This document shows, piece by piece, positions 49,054 through 61,453 of a stretch of DNA of 64,000 bases. Under the pieces are notes generated by a model, which was given only the letters and a program-made list of their open reading frames with translations, was not told the origin of the DNA and made no database searches. Source of the stretch: Felis catus (lineage: Eukaryota). Both the position numbers and the translations under genes were made by a program. The stretch spans positions 228,844,001 through 228,908,000 of the forward strand of contig NC_058368.1 in the NCBI RefSeq assembly GCF_018350175.1. The letters are read 5' to 3'. Position 1 is the first letter of the stretch. Every line of letters begins with the position of its first letter.

Positions 49054-50133
49054 TATTGATATGCTTTTCTTTTTTGCCTTTTTGATGACAAAGTTTCATT
49101 CTGTTGGGCCCTGGGTGGCTGTTTTCTGTTTATTCCCTCTTGGATTGAGAGATGGAAATGGGTTGAAGATTAGGGTATTACTGTATTCATGTAAAGAGAA
49201 AGAGGAACACAAGGACTGTATAAGGTTGGGGCTTAGAAGAAAATATAGAAATAATATAAAGGGTTTTGAGATTAAAAATGGGGTGATTTTAAGGCCCTCC
49301 TTTTGCTTTGAGAAAAGATTTTCTAGCATCATTTTGTTCCACGTAGGACATCAAAAGCCTGATCTAGGGAATTCAACTCACAGAGTTGATTCCTCCTATG
49401 GAGAAGACTCCCCCTCACCTCTGCCATCAGAGCCTGGAGATTTGCTCATGAGGGTGTCAGAAGAGAAGGAAACAGGACTCACTCACAGATAACTGTGAAA
49501 TAGTAAGTAGAAGAAAAAGGGAAGCTTAACTATCACCCTGTTCTCAGATTTGCCCCTTTTATGCCTTGGTCTCGAGGTGGGAAATTTTATTACATGAGAG
49601 AAGCAGGTGTGGAATCTTGCTTTGGATTCCTCTTTGGTGCTCTTAGGTGGAACCACTGCTGTGCAAAGATGGCTCGTAGGTCTGCATAGTCCAGCCTGGT
49701 GGAGAAGGTGCAGAGGAGTGCATGGAGGAAGAGTAGGCCAGGCTCCAACAATGGCTTAGAACCATGAAGCATGGCACAAAGTTGGGCAAGACTAGGCACA
49801 GCAAACTTTATTCCTCCCAGGTCAGGGGCTCCAGGAATGGAATGGGTCTGAAGCCAGAGAAATTCTTGAGGAAAAACAGAGTCTTCAAGGGTGTAGGTCA
49901 ATGATCTCCAAGAGTCTTACTTGATCCCAAAAGACAGACTGTATTTAATAACTACAAATGATGCTCTCCGTAGAGAGAAGAGGGATATTGCCCTGGAAGC
50001 CAGGGAGACTCATAAATGCACTTCAGTAAGTCCATGCTCCCAGTTCACAAGGAGCCCACAGGCTTCTACCTGCACGTCCCTGTGGAAAGGGCAGGGAAGG
50101 GAGGTGGAAGTCAGAACTGTCTGAGCCTGAAGA

Positions 50134-50480
50134 TGTGACCGAATCCCAAGTGTACCGCTTGTCACTCGAAATGCCAATACTCAAGAGACCAGTGTTGATT
50201 GGGAAGGAATATGAGCTTCATGAAGGAGGCCAGCTATCTGGCAAGAAGGTGGACTCTTGTCCAGTAGCCAACTCCATGGTTCCTGTCCAGTCAAGAAGTT
50301 TTCAAAGGGACAAAAGGTGGTTAAATGAGGAGGGCAGGGGGGTGGGGGTGCAGTGGCTGTAACTTTTCCTGATTCCATGTAAATGTAGTGGCAAATATTT
50401 ACAGCTTTCACTGCTTGGGGGTTGGACATGAGGTCTAATTCCTGTTCCATGGGCTGTGAGGGCTTTCTATGCTTCTCCTA
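50134..50480 (-). mobile_element. Probable ERV1 LTR (carnivore/laurasiatherian type)
   Basis: tgtgaccgaatcccaag...ccaatactcaagagacc...gtgttg...ggtggactcttgtcc resembles antisense LTR U5; far boundary uncertain. Confidence 0.5.
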
Positions 50481-51478
50481 GAAAAGGATGTAAGATTTAC
50501 AGATACACAAGGAGGGTTAGTAAACCAATCATATGAACTTAAGAACACCTATTAAAAATCACCAAGCTAGTTATGAAGATCAAGGCAGCCTCAAGGTTCT
50601 TCTTGTTTTTTTAAGAAGAAATAAAATTATTAAATTTTGGGAACTGACAGAGTAAAATCAGCTTCGACTAAAAATCACATAAAAAATCATTATTATTCTT
50701 TTTTAGCATTAATTAGCACGTGGAGGATCCTGCTAAGACCCAGATTCGCTGCAGACCAGTCCAAGGCATATTTTGTTGGCACATTCAAACGTCAGTGCAA
50801 ATTAGAATTTGCTAGCTGCATCATATATGTTTTGGAAGTTCCTTTCTCGTTTTGCGTTTCTGCATTTTCTACAGCTAGGTTACAATTTTTCCCATTTAAC
50901 AAGATTTTGATTCGTGTATTCTCTGGAGGCATATGAAAACGAGTATTTATAATCCTAGCACCTTGTATTCATATAATTTTTTATAGATTCAGTGTGCTTT
51001 CTCATGCATTATCCTTCTCGATCCTATAAAACCTGGGAAGGGGGCAGTATACAATTTCTCTGCAGCATGAAGTGGCATAAATTACTTAGGTTTTCCATCA
51101 TTGCAGCTCCTGAGAGAAAAATCACTAGGCTGCAGAAGCTGAAGACTGGTAAGGTTGATCATAACAGGAGTACTAATGGAAGCTAAGAACTATTAAGCCT
51201 TATTTGCCACACACCCCTTTTACACGGTTTATACCGATTCCTTCATTTCATTTTTATGCAAACATTTCTCAGGGAGGCCATCTCCGACCTAAGGAACTAA
51301 AAGAGGCCAGACTTCTATGTCTGGGTTCTGAAAAATTTCTCCAAACTTCTATACTTGATTTTTCTTTAAATATATGGGGATTTAAAGAGTTGAAAATGCA
51401 GAAATCTTAACAGTTAAAGAAATTGCTTTTTAATATATAACCCTAGGTCTCAGGGACAATTTCCTTTAAAACAATATC

Positions 51479-51671
51479 TTTTTTAATGTTTATTTTTGAG
51501 ACAGAGACATAGAATGACGGCTGATGGGCAGAGAGAGGGGGAGACAGAATCCAAAGCAGGCTCTAGGCTCTGAGTGGTCTGCACAGAGCCCAACACAGGG
51601 CTCGAACTCAACCACAAGATCATGACTTTAGCCAGTCAGAGGCATAACCAACTGAGCCATCCAGGCGCCCC
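51479..51671 (-). mobile_element. CAN-SINE
   Basis: SINE consensus; TSD cagggacaatttcc/cagggactatttcc. Confidence 0.93.
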
Positions 51672-51924
51672 TTCCAGGGACTATTTCCAATACCACTCGC
51701 GTTTGGCAGCTCTTTGTCATTCAGCTTTTAAAAGATCATCAAAGTAGGGTATCATTTTTGACCATAAACCTTTATTTTCTCTGGTAATTTTATATGTCAA
51801 AATTTTTCTCTAAGATATTCTCAGTTTGTTGAGTAATTTTTTTGTATCTTTTTCCTTGGATACCAAGTGACTGATGAATTTAAATATTTTCAGTGCAATA
51901 TGTTTTTCTTGGAACAAGCTTACT

Positions 51925-52388
51925 ATAGGAGCAGAAAATTCTTTCCCTTCTTCCCTCCAATGTACTTTGGTCTAATAATTAAATTGATATAAGACAGATT
52001 GATGGAAGAAAAACAAATTTTGTGCATATGGGAGCCCCATATAAATATGAGACCCAAAAGGTAGTCAGTTAATAGGCTTGTATAACATCCTGAACTAAGG
52101 AAAGTGTAGGAGTCTGGGGATTCAGGGGGGAGGAGGGCCATTCAAAGGAAGGCAGGGATGTTTGGAAAACAAAAGCTGCTTTGTTATGCAATATGTTTTT
52201 TAGGTAAAAAGGTTTCTCTAGTAATAGCTTTCTTTCTGGTACAGGCCCCCTTTCCAATGTAAATGTATGCAGTTGAGGGGGAGGTAAGGAGCTTTTCCTG
52301 AATGTGTTGGGTTTTGATTGCCTTTAGCTCAAAATAATCCTTCTGCCAAAGAGACATATTTTGGGGTGGCAAATTCTGTTCCCCTTCA
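51925..52388 (-). mobile_element. MER34A-like ERV1 solo LTR
   Basis: Ends gcctttagctcaaaataatcctt...catattttggggtggcaaattctgttccccttca, the reverse complement of the MER34 5' end; similar to 39533-40013. Confidence 0.8.
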
Positions 52389-53042
52389 TGGTTAAATAAG
52401 GATTCTGTGGTTGTTAATGAAAGATTTGGAATGCCACTTGGTAAACGCAGCTTTAAAAAAATATCAAACCAGTGTAACAGCTTTTTTGGGGGTAGACAAA
52501 GGTCCTTAATCAAACTTTGGTTGTTGTTTTCATTCTGTTCAGAACTCCTTGATTTATAAATATGTTTTTGGCATTTTCTCCTAACTAAAATCATATCATG
52601 TTAACCAGTTTAATTCAAAAGATAATATTCAAGGCTGAATTAATGTAAATAATTTGTTTTATTCATGATTCCACCATATCATTTGCACGAAATAGGAGTA
52701 TTTTGTTCAGAATGAGAGATTATTCTAATAATATATGTAGACTAAGGAAACGCGATCAGAAAAATACATTTATTACAGGGACCTAGGTTCCATGTGATGT
52801 TTTGAGGTATTTATACATTTATGTCATGGATTTTATATAAATTAATTATCACGGTGTTAAAAATAGAGTCATAACTTGTATTCAAACAAATAGGAAAACA
52901 ATTAAATTTAGGAAAATCAAGTGTTTTAATGCAGAGCATCTGTTATTCATGCATCCATCATTGTGTAGATATTTATTGTTCTAGGCTACAGAGATGTGTC
53001 AGCTCTAAAATAGTAAAATAACCAATCTGATAATTAAAAAAA

Positions 53043-53274
53043 ATTTTTTTAAAGTTTATTTGTTTATTTTGAGAGAGACTGAGACAATACGATCAGGGGA
53101 GGGGCGGAGAGGGGGGGAGAGAAAAATCCCAAGCAGGCTCCTTGCTGTCAGTGCAGATCCTGACATGGGGCTTGAATTCATGAAACTGTGAGTTCATGAC
53201 CTGATGAAACCAGAGTTCGTGACCTGAGCTGAAAGTAGAGTCAGATGCTTAACCGATTGAGCCACCCATCGCCC
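53043..53274 (-). mobile_element. CAN-SINE with internal duplication
   Basis: SINE consensus with gagttcRtgacctga present twice. Confidence 0.92.
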
Positions 53275-53539
53275 TTGATCATTTATTCTTCTCTGGATAA
53301 GTTAGACGCTCTAGTCCAGATCTTGGTACAACATACATGCAAAATATATTCAATCTCTGGGCGGAAATTACGGAGAGGAATCAGCAAAATAATGGCACCT
53401 GTCAAAACTGAGAAGTACAGGGAATGAAGAAGACTTGAACCATGATTGGACCAAAGATACACCCGGAATTCAGAGAAATAGACCCAGCCCTCATTAGGTC
53501 TGTGACCTCAGAGAAGCAAAAAGACCTTTCCTGGCACTG

Positions 53540-53875
53540 TGTTTGCATCTGCAGTATAAAAGGACTTGACCAGAAGTTACCAAGTATATTAACGCAGCTT
53601 CTCTGGAGGCCAGGAGAAGGCTGATCCCCAGCTCCAAGAGAGTCAGGCAGAGAGCAAAGTCTCTCCCACTCAGCCTGTGTTTGTTATATTCAGGTTCCCA
53701 AGGGATTGAATGAGGTCCATCTGCATTGGAAAGGACCAAGTGTCTGACTCATTCTACTGATTCAAAAGTTAATCTCATCCAGAAACTCCCTCACTGCAGC
53801 ACCCAGATTAATGTTTAACCAAATTCTTGGGTCCCCAGGGTCCAGTCAAGCTGACATGTAAAATTCACTATCACA
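53540..53875 (-). mobile_element. MLT2B-like ERVL LTR
   Basis: gattgaatgaggtcca...ctactgattcaaaagttaatctcatccagaaa...cagtcaagctgacatgtaaaattcactatcaca. Confidence 0.8.
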
Positions 53876-54862
53876 GTAAACTCTATTCCAGATATTCTCT
53901 GTTCTGGTTTACTAACCTTTTGCTAAATCAGATTCTCCACTCTTTTCATCTTACTTTGACTACAAACCACAACATTTCCTTCAGTTAAAACATGTGCTGT
54001 ATTTTACTGTTTTCTCTGGTATGCTCTAATTGTACTAGTATTATGAGTGATAACACATTCCACCACATGCTATCTCTTTAGCAGTTATGTTCTCTATTCT
54101 TCACCCCAGATCCCAGGGTCATATCCTTGGACTTTCATATCTCTGAGATAAATTCAGACAATTCAAAGGGATCACCTTTTTGCAGAACGAAAACGGAGAA
54201 ACATTGGCAGTTTTTCTGCCTCAATGTCATATTACCAGCATACCTGTTCTGGAACAAACCAGAACATTCAGTTCATTAATTTTCTTCCTTATTTCTCTAA
54301 TGTTTATAGTCTCTTATGCTATGTTGTTCTCCTTGCTTATATGCTTAGATTCTATCATCTCCTATCAAAGCATTCTTTAAACAGTACTCTTATCCCAATT
54401 TTCTAGTATCTTTCAGCCAAGTAAATCTGGCAACTGAATTACTGACCAATTTTAGAGGAAAATTGCAAGTGAACAGCCCAGATTTACTCTGATCTGTAAC
54501 ATCAATCAGTAAGACCTCTAATTTCACCCACCAATCTGACTCAGTTTTCCTGTTCAGTGCTCATTCCAATTTTCAAAAACAAACATTTCAATATTTGCCT
54601 TTGCTATCTCCCCTTTGTTCTCAGCAATTAACTTTATATTCTGTATCACAGCAAATGTAAAAACCATAAATGAGGGTTTTCTTGAACTTTCTATCATTAA
54701 CGAGAAAACCAAACATCAGGTATGCACACATTTTCACCATACTATCTAGTTAACATTTAAAACTTGTCATTTCTACTATGTTGCTGTTTATTGACATGAT
54801 TTCAAATCTGCCTGTTGGTGAAAAAAAGAGAAAAAAATTGGTTTTAGAAGTAAAATTGTTTT

Positions 54863-55081
54863 GGGGCATCTGGGTGGCTCAGTTGGTTAAACAGTTAAGC
54901 ATTTGGCTCTTGATTTCGACTCAGGTCATGATCCCAGGTTGTAGAATCAAGTCCCATGTCGGGCTCTGTGCTTTCAGGGCACAGCCTGCTTGGGATTCTT
55001 TCTTCTTTCTTTCTGCCCCTCCTCCATGCTCTCCCTCTCTCAAAATAAATAAATAAACATTTTAAAATTATTTTAAAAAAA
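54863..55081 (+). mobile_element. CAN-SINE
   Basis: SINE consensus; TSD aaaattgtttt/aaagttgtttt. Confidence 0.92.
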
Positions 55082-55655
55082 GAACTAAAGTTGTTTTGAT
55101 ACAAGAATGAAATAATTTGTGTCAGGTCAAGGTAGGAACCATCTAATCTCTTCTCACCCATAAGAGCTCTGTACCTCAGCTACTGAGGGGCCCTGCTGGG
55201 GGCTTATCAATAAAAACATATGTAGAAGCAACAGTGGCAAGGGCACCTTTACATAAGTACCTAGAGTCTGTGAAAACTCCCTGAGAGTGTTCAATCTGGT
55301 CCAAGTGGCTCTCCTCATCTAAAATAGCACTCTGAAGACCTTGGGGCAATTAGCTCCTGTTCCAGTAAAGGTGACTCCTTTACCAACAGTGACAAAAGCC
55401 AACCATGCAGCAACCCCAGAGGGTCATCTTGCCCATCAACACCAGTGTCCTAGTTCCCTAGCAATGTGCTCTAGCAAAGGGCACTGGACTTGGGCTCACC
55501 ATTGGCTAAGCTGTCTCTCCTGAGTACTCACTCATATAAAAGTACACCTAAACTAAGTTTGGACTCTATTCCTTGCATCTCCCCTTGCCCGGAACAATAG
55601 TGTGATTAATCTATTATTGGTTTGGACTATGTTATTTCTTTATTGGCTCGTTAAA

Positions 55656-55658
55656 TTT

Positions 55659-55689
<31 letters not shown>

Positions 55690-55858
55690 TTGAAGTGGGA
55701 GGGGCAGAGAGCGATGAGGGGAGAGAGAGAATCCCAAGCAGACTTGGCCCTGGCAGCACAGAGCCCAATGTGGGGCTCAAACTCGCGAACCATGAGATCA
55801 TGACCTGAGCTGAAATCAGGAGTTGGAAGCTTAACCAACTGAGCCACCCAGGCGCCCC
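55656..55858 (-). mobile_element. CAN-SINE
   Basis: SINE consensus; TSD ttattggctcgttaa/tcattggcttgttaa. Confidence 0.94.
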
Positions 55859-55945
55859 TTCATTGGCTTGTTAATAGACATTATCCTGTATGCTATTGGC
55901 TTATAAAATTCCTGAAATGAACCTGTATTAAATAAACTATTGGCT

Positions 55946-56148
55946 GGGGCGCCTGGGTGGCGCAGTCAGTTAAGCGTCCGACTTCAGCCAGGTCACGATC
56001 TCTCAGTCCGTGAGTTCGAGCCCCACGTCAGGCTCTGGGCTGATGGCTCGGAGCCTGGAGCCTGTTTCTGATTCTGTGTCTCCCTCTCTCTCTGCCCCTC
56101 CCCCGTTCATGCTCTGTCTCTCTCTGTCCCAAAAATAAATAAACGTTG
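55946..56148 (+). mobile_element. Young CAN-SINE (SINEC_Fc-type)
   Basis: Perfect 15-bp TSD aaataaactattggc; many intact CpGs. Confidence 0.97.
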
Positions 56149-57349
56149 AAATAAACTATTGGCAAGACCATCTTAGTCTCTGAGCATTGATTTGCTTCTC
56201 CAAATGAAGCAAAAGTTAAGTCAAAATTACTCTTCCACTCTGAATTCAAAATCTGTTTTTTCAAGTGTCTTATAATACCAACCAGTTTCCAATGGACTCT
56301 GCATTTCTATTGATTTGTTTCCACCACCACTTAAATACTCAACTCCCACCCACAGAGTACAATGTATGACCTCAAGTCTACTATCAGCTATCACCTTTCT
56401 CTCTCCTCCCATTGAGTTTCCTTTGACATTATCAAAGTGGAGTTATTTTTGGTTTAACACGGTTTTGCAGTTCTTTGCTCCTAGCATATACAAATAAAAT
56501 TGATTTTTGTATATTAGCTTATATCTGTGTACTTTGCCTAATTCATTTGCTACTTCTGCTAGTTTTCTGTGTACCATGTGTACAGTAATGCTGTCTGTAA
56601 GAAAAGACAGTTTTCTTTTTTTGCAAATTTCATGCCTTTAATTTTTTTCAACTTGTCTCATCAAAATGGCCCGAATCTGCAGTAGAATGGGGCACACATG
56701 TGGTAAGAACAGGCACTTTTGCCCTGTTTCCTAATTATGGAGGGTGCAGTTATCTTAAAGCTGGGCTTGGGGCGGGGCGGGGGAATTTGTAAGCTTATCT
56801 TTAGGGATGCCTTTATGTCTGCTTTTGACTGTTGATCAAGTTGAAGGCTATGGGATTTGTGGTATGTAGTTAAATTTCTAAATTCTCCTTGTAACACCAG
56901 GATTTATTTTATTTTTGATGGCTTTCAATTGATATAACTGGTTAGACACCTTGGTTTGGCTGCAAGACCAGAGAAGCATGAGCCAAGATTACCACCCAAG
57001 TCTTGATGGTTCAATGTGGAAACAGAACTTTTCTGCATCAAGGTTTACATAAAAAGGACCTTGAGGAGCTTGTGCCTGGATATCAGACGCACAACTCTCA
57101 TTTTCTTGCTGTACCATATATTTTGCCTTTAGGTGAATAAGCTCTGTGAAGTCTTTTGAGCCCCTTAAAATACTCAACCTTGAGAAATCTTTGCTCTATT
57201 TTATGAGGAAAGCATTCAATTTTTCATCATTAAATATAACATTAGCTGCTGTTACTTTTATTTTCATGGCTGCTCTTTATCATGTTGAGAAATGTTCATT
57301 ATATTCCTAGCTTCAATGTTCATTTTGTTTTAAAAATTGGCATCTTCCA

Positions 57350-57353
57350 TGTG

Positions 57354-57396
<43 letters not shown>

Positions 57397-57799
57397 GGAA
57401 TACTACTCAGCGATAAAAAAGAATGAGATCTTGCCATTTGCAACAACATGGATGGAACTAGAGTGTATCATACTAAGTGAAATTAGAGAAAAACAAATAT
57501 CATATGACTTCACTCATATACAGAATTTAAGATACAAAACAGATGAACATAAGGGAAGGGAAGCAAAAATAATATAAAAACAGGGAGGGGGACAAAACAT
57601 AAAAGACTCTTAAATATAGAGAACAAACAGGGTTGTTGGAGGGATTCTGGGAGGGGGGGTGGACTAAATGGGTAAGGGGCATTAAGGAGAACACTTGTTG
57701 GGATGAGCACTGGGTGTTATACGTAGGGGATGAATCTGGATTCTATTCCTGAAATCGTTATTGCACTATATGCTAACTAACTTGGATGAAAATTAAAAA
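57350..57799 (+). mobile_element. Felid/carnivore L1, 5'-truncated 3' end, with (CA)n at its 5' end
   Basis: ORF2p C-terminus MEYYSAIKKNEILPFATTWMELECIILSEI; 3' UTR gggatgagcactgggtgttata. Confidence 0.92.
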
Positions 57800-58914
57800 C
57801 ATTCTTATGGGTTTACAGATTCTAATAAAACATGACATTTTGATTGCCACTTGCCCCCCCCCCAAACTGACATCTTCCAAAATGGTCACACAGTTTTTGT
57901 TCTTTATTAATATGGTGAACTGCACTGTTTAATTTTCAAAGTAAACTAATCTTGCTTTATGAGGACAAACTCTTCTTGGCCATTGCACAGGATTGTATTT
58001 CTATAGTGTTTAATTCAACTTGCTAAGATTTTGTTAAGACTTTCGCAGCTATACTCATGAGTAATATTGGTCTTTGGGGCTTGCTTGCTTTCTTACTTGT
58101 TTTCAATATCTTTCACATATACTGGTTGTATGAAACAAATTAGGAGCTCTTCCTTCCCTTTTTATTTTCTGTAGGTCTTTGGGAAAGATTAGGCCATATC
58201 TTCCTTTCATGTTTGGCAGAATTCAGCACTAAAGCCATCTGAGGTTGGGTTTTTTTGAAGGAAGTTTGTTGAATATAAATTCAATGTTTTTAATAGAAAT
58301 GGAGCTACTCACATTTTATGTTCCATCTTTGTAATTTGTGTCAAGTTGAATTTTTTCAAGGAATATGTGTATTTCACAAAAATCAAGTTGTCAAATTTTT
58401 TGGCATAGTGTTGCTCACAATATTCTCTTATTATTTGTATACCGTCTCTATCATCAAAAGCGATAAGCTCTTAGTCCTAGTTGGTAATATATGTCTTTTT
58501 TATTAGTGTATTCAAGGTTTATCAATTTTACCAACTTTCTCAAAAATCAACTTCTAGCTTTATTAATTTTCCTTATGAATATTCAACATTTATTTGCCTG
58601 ATTTTTATTATCTCTTTCCTTGTACTCATTTTGGGGATATTTTGGTCTGACTTTTCTAGCTCCTTAATGGTTTTGGATCTTTGGGATTTGGGATGTTTCT
58701 TCTTGATTACACAGTTACTTCAAGCTACAGATTTCATATTAATTACTGCTTTAAACTAAATCCCACAATATTTGATATGCTGAGTTTCTACGATCACTCA
58801 ATTCATAATCTTTTCAAATATTTTCCTGTGATTTCTTTTTTAATACATAATTTTAAAAGTCTTTTTTAAAGTTTTGGAGATTTGTATAGATATTTTATTA
58901 TTTTTACTTCTCAA

Positions 58915-59126
58915 AATTAATTAATTAATTAATTAGAGAGAGAGAGAGAGAGAGAGGGAGTGAGCACATGGGCAGGGGAGGGGCAGAGAGAGAGGGAAAG
59001 AGAATCCTAAGCAGGCTCCACTCAGTGTGGAGCTTGAGGCAGGGCTCAATCCCATGAATGGTGAGATCATGACCTGAGACGATATCAAGAGTTGAAGGCT
59101 TAACTGACTGAGCCACCCAGATGCCC
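58915..59126 (-). mobile_element. CAN-SINE
   Basis: SINE consensus. Confidence 0.92.
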
Positions 59127-59539
59127 TAATTATTATTACTTATTTTAAAATAAATTTAATTTTTGGTCAGAGTACAGAATACTCTGTATGATCTCATTCT
59201 TTGAACTTTATTAGAACTTATATTTTGGCATGTAATCTATCTTGGTGAATGTACCATGTGCACATGAAAATAGTGTGTATTCTGCAGTACTCAATGTAGT
59301 AGCTATAAATTCCAATGGCATCAAGATAGTTGATGATGTCATTACCGTTTTCTATAATTTCACTGGTTTTTGTTTTGACTACTAGTTCTAGTAATTGCTC
59401 AGAGGGGTGTTAAAATTTCTACCTTGGTGGAATTCTTCAATTTTTTCCCTTTAATTTCATCAAATATTGCATCAGGTATTTAGAAGGCTTATTATTAGGT
59501 GCATTACACATGTTTTTTATGTGATCCCCAGTAGCCACT

Positions 59540-59998
59540 CCAGTTATTTTATGCTTATAGACTTTAAGTGTCTATGCCTTTATGAAAGTCCTTTTCGTAG
59601 GTATAGGCAGACCCTTCCACTAGAATGCAGCGAAGGTGATGGGGTACATATGATTACATGCGTGTGAATGTGATTCGCTCTGCAGTACCCATCACACTAG
59701 AACCTCTCTCTGGCCTTTCTGGTTTTGAAGAAGCAAGCTTCCCTGACTCCTACAACCACAAGGACAGAATGGTACCAAGATCCCGGCTATTGGGGAAGCA
59801 GATTCTTCCCTAGGCGAGCCTTCACTTGAGACCCCATTCTTGAGTATGGTACTCTGAACGCAGCTCTGTGAGACACCAAGCAGAAAACTCAGCTGAACTG
59901 CGTGTGAACCCCTGCCCATGAAAACTGTGAGATAAGAAATGTGTTACAGTCCACTACTGTGTTTGTGGCAATTTGTTATACAGTAATAAAAAGTGAAT
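59540..59998 (+). mobile_element. MLT1E/F-like MaLR LTR
   Basis: ttttgaagaagcaagc...cctacaaccacaagga...aaactgtgagataagaaatgtgt...tgtggcaatttgttatacag. Confidence 0.7.
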
Positions 59999-61427
59999 CC
60001 AGCAGGATTCCATTTGTTTATGTTCAAATAAACTCTGTGTATTCATATTTTTTGTGTATCTCTGTAGACAGCAAAGGTTTGGAGCCTGCCTTGTTCTCTA
60101 TTATGGAGCACTCCTCCAGCGGTGGTTCAGGAATCTATGCTCCTTCTAAGTTGTGATACAGTCATTTCAAAACATGGGTTCTAAGGTTTCTGTGAAAGGG
60201 AAAAAGAATTGGCTTTTAACTGCTTCTGCTCAGAAATGACGTGTTTCAAATACGTGCAGTCCATTCGCCAGAAATAGACACATGGCCCCCAACTCTCCCC
60301 AGCAGAGGCTGCGGATTGCAGGGAACAAAGAGAACATATAAAAGTTTTTGTCTGTGCCAAATGCTTAACAAGGAACCACTGGTAATAGTATTAGGATAAT
60401 CAATTTCACAAATGTTACTGTGCTTTCTGGAAGTTCTGGAGAATATAATTATGCAGTGGAGAAAAAACCCTTTAATTTTTAGAAATAAAATAATGAAGTC
60501 ATCCTTAAAGTATTTGAAAATTAGAGGCTTATGTAATTGGAAAACAGAAGAAAATCAATCTTCATGATGATTATTTTCTCTATTCTCTGTCTTTTTAAAA
60601 TCCAGTCCAGTCAGGATACAATGTAATCTCCGTTAGTCCAATGAAACTAATCTTGTCCAGTTGTCTATTCTTTGCCAGTATTAATCGACTTCTCAGCAGT
60701 GATATGTATATATTTGTGTGTGTATATATATATATATGTACATATATAGTCTTTTATATATTTATATGTATATATCACTTTAATTGTATATTCACTATAT
60801 GTGCATATGCACACAAACTGAACATATAATAGTGGTTTTACTTTCTACATTTTTATCACTTTTTTGGATGGATTGTTTTATATAATTTATATTTTATATT
60901 TTCAACCTCTGTATTTTAGAGTTCCCCAGAGCTCAAACACAGTCTATTTTTTCTCTACAAGATCTCTAGATGGTCTTATCTAGTCTTATGGCTTTAAATG
61001 CCATCTTACAGTAAGTGGTTCTGAAATTTATATCTCACAGTTGTGGTCTTTACTGTGGGAGCTTTTAAGATTTCCTCTTTACTATTACTGCTCAAGTTTT
61101 GCCAGAATGTATCTAGTTATGTCTTTTAAAAAATTTTATACTGGATCAAAAAAAGAGACAGAATTGAGCATATAAGGGTCAGTAACACCAGATAGAATAT
61201 GAAGACACTTTCTCCAGATTGAGAAAAATTTTATTCCATTTTTAAATGGAATTCCTCTTCACCATTTACTTCTCTGTCTACATTTAAAATTGCTGCTGTA
61301 TTGAAAATGTGGTAAAGTATTGCTTTTCCTATTACAACTGCTTCATTTTTCCTTAAATTTTACACAAGATCTTTCTTGTTTCTTAAGGTGAACATTTTCT
61401 GGAATATGGTGATATTAGTTAGAATAA

Positions 61428-61453
61428 GTGTGTGTGTGTGTGTGTGTGTGTGT
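61428..61453 (+). repeat. (TG)n microsatellite
   Basis: About 13 perfect TG units. Confidence 0.95.

Larger units (their letters stand above)
56480..59520 (-). mobile_element. Long degraded ancestral L1 ORF2 segment hosting younger insertions
   Basis: aattgatttttgtatatt, tttggcagaattcagcactaaagccatctg, ttggtgaatgtaccatgtgcac...tattctgcag. Confidence 0.7.

Noticed and set aside
49368..49393. Short hairpin ggaattcaactc-aca-gagttgattcc, and similar ~9-bp inverted repeats near 14597, 25069 and 61233
   Set aside because: Stems of this length are expected by chance in 64 kb of AT-rich DNA and are too short for a pre-miRNA.
48854..49492. Longest ORF (212 aa)
   Set aside because: It starts at a GTG inside a CAN-SINE, its first third is SINE translation, and the rest shows no recognisable domain.
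49080..50130. GC-richer block as possible exon or promoter
   Set aside because: No consistent reading frame or splice pair; probably an old LTR or L1 5' relic that I cannot assign without a Dfam search.
56989..57177. 62-aa ORF with faint resemblance to a ribosomal-protein (RPL7-like) pseudogene
   Set aside because: Only a few scattered residues match, and no polyA tail or TSD of a processed pseudogene is visible.
57395..57577. 60-aa ORF matching the L1 ORF2p C-terminus
   Set aside because: A remnant of a 5'-truncated L1, not a gene.
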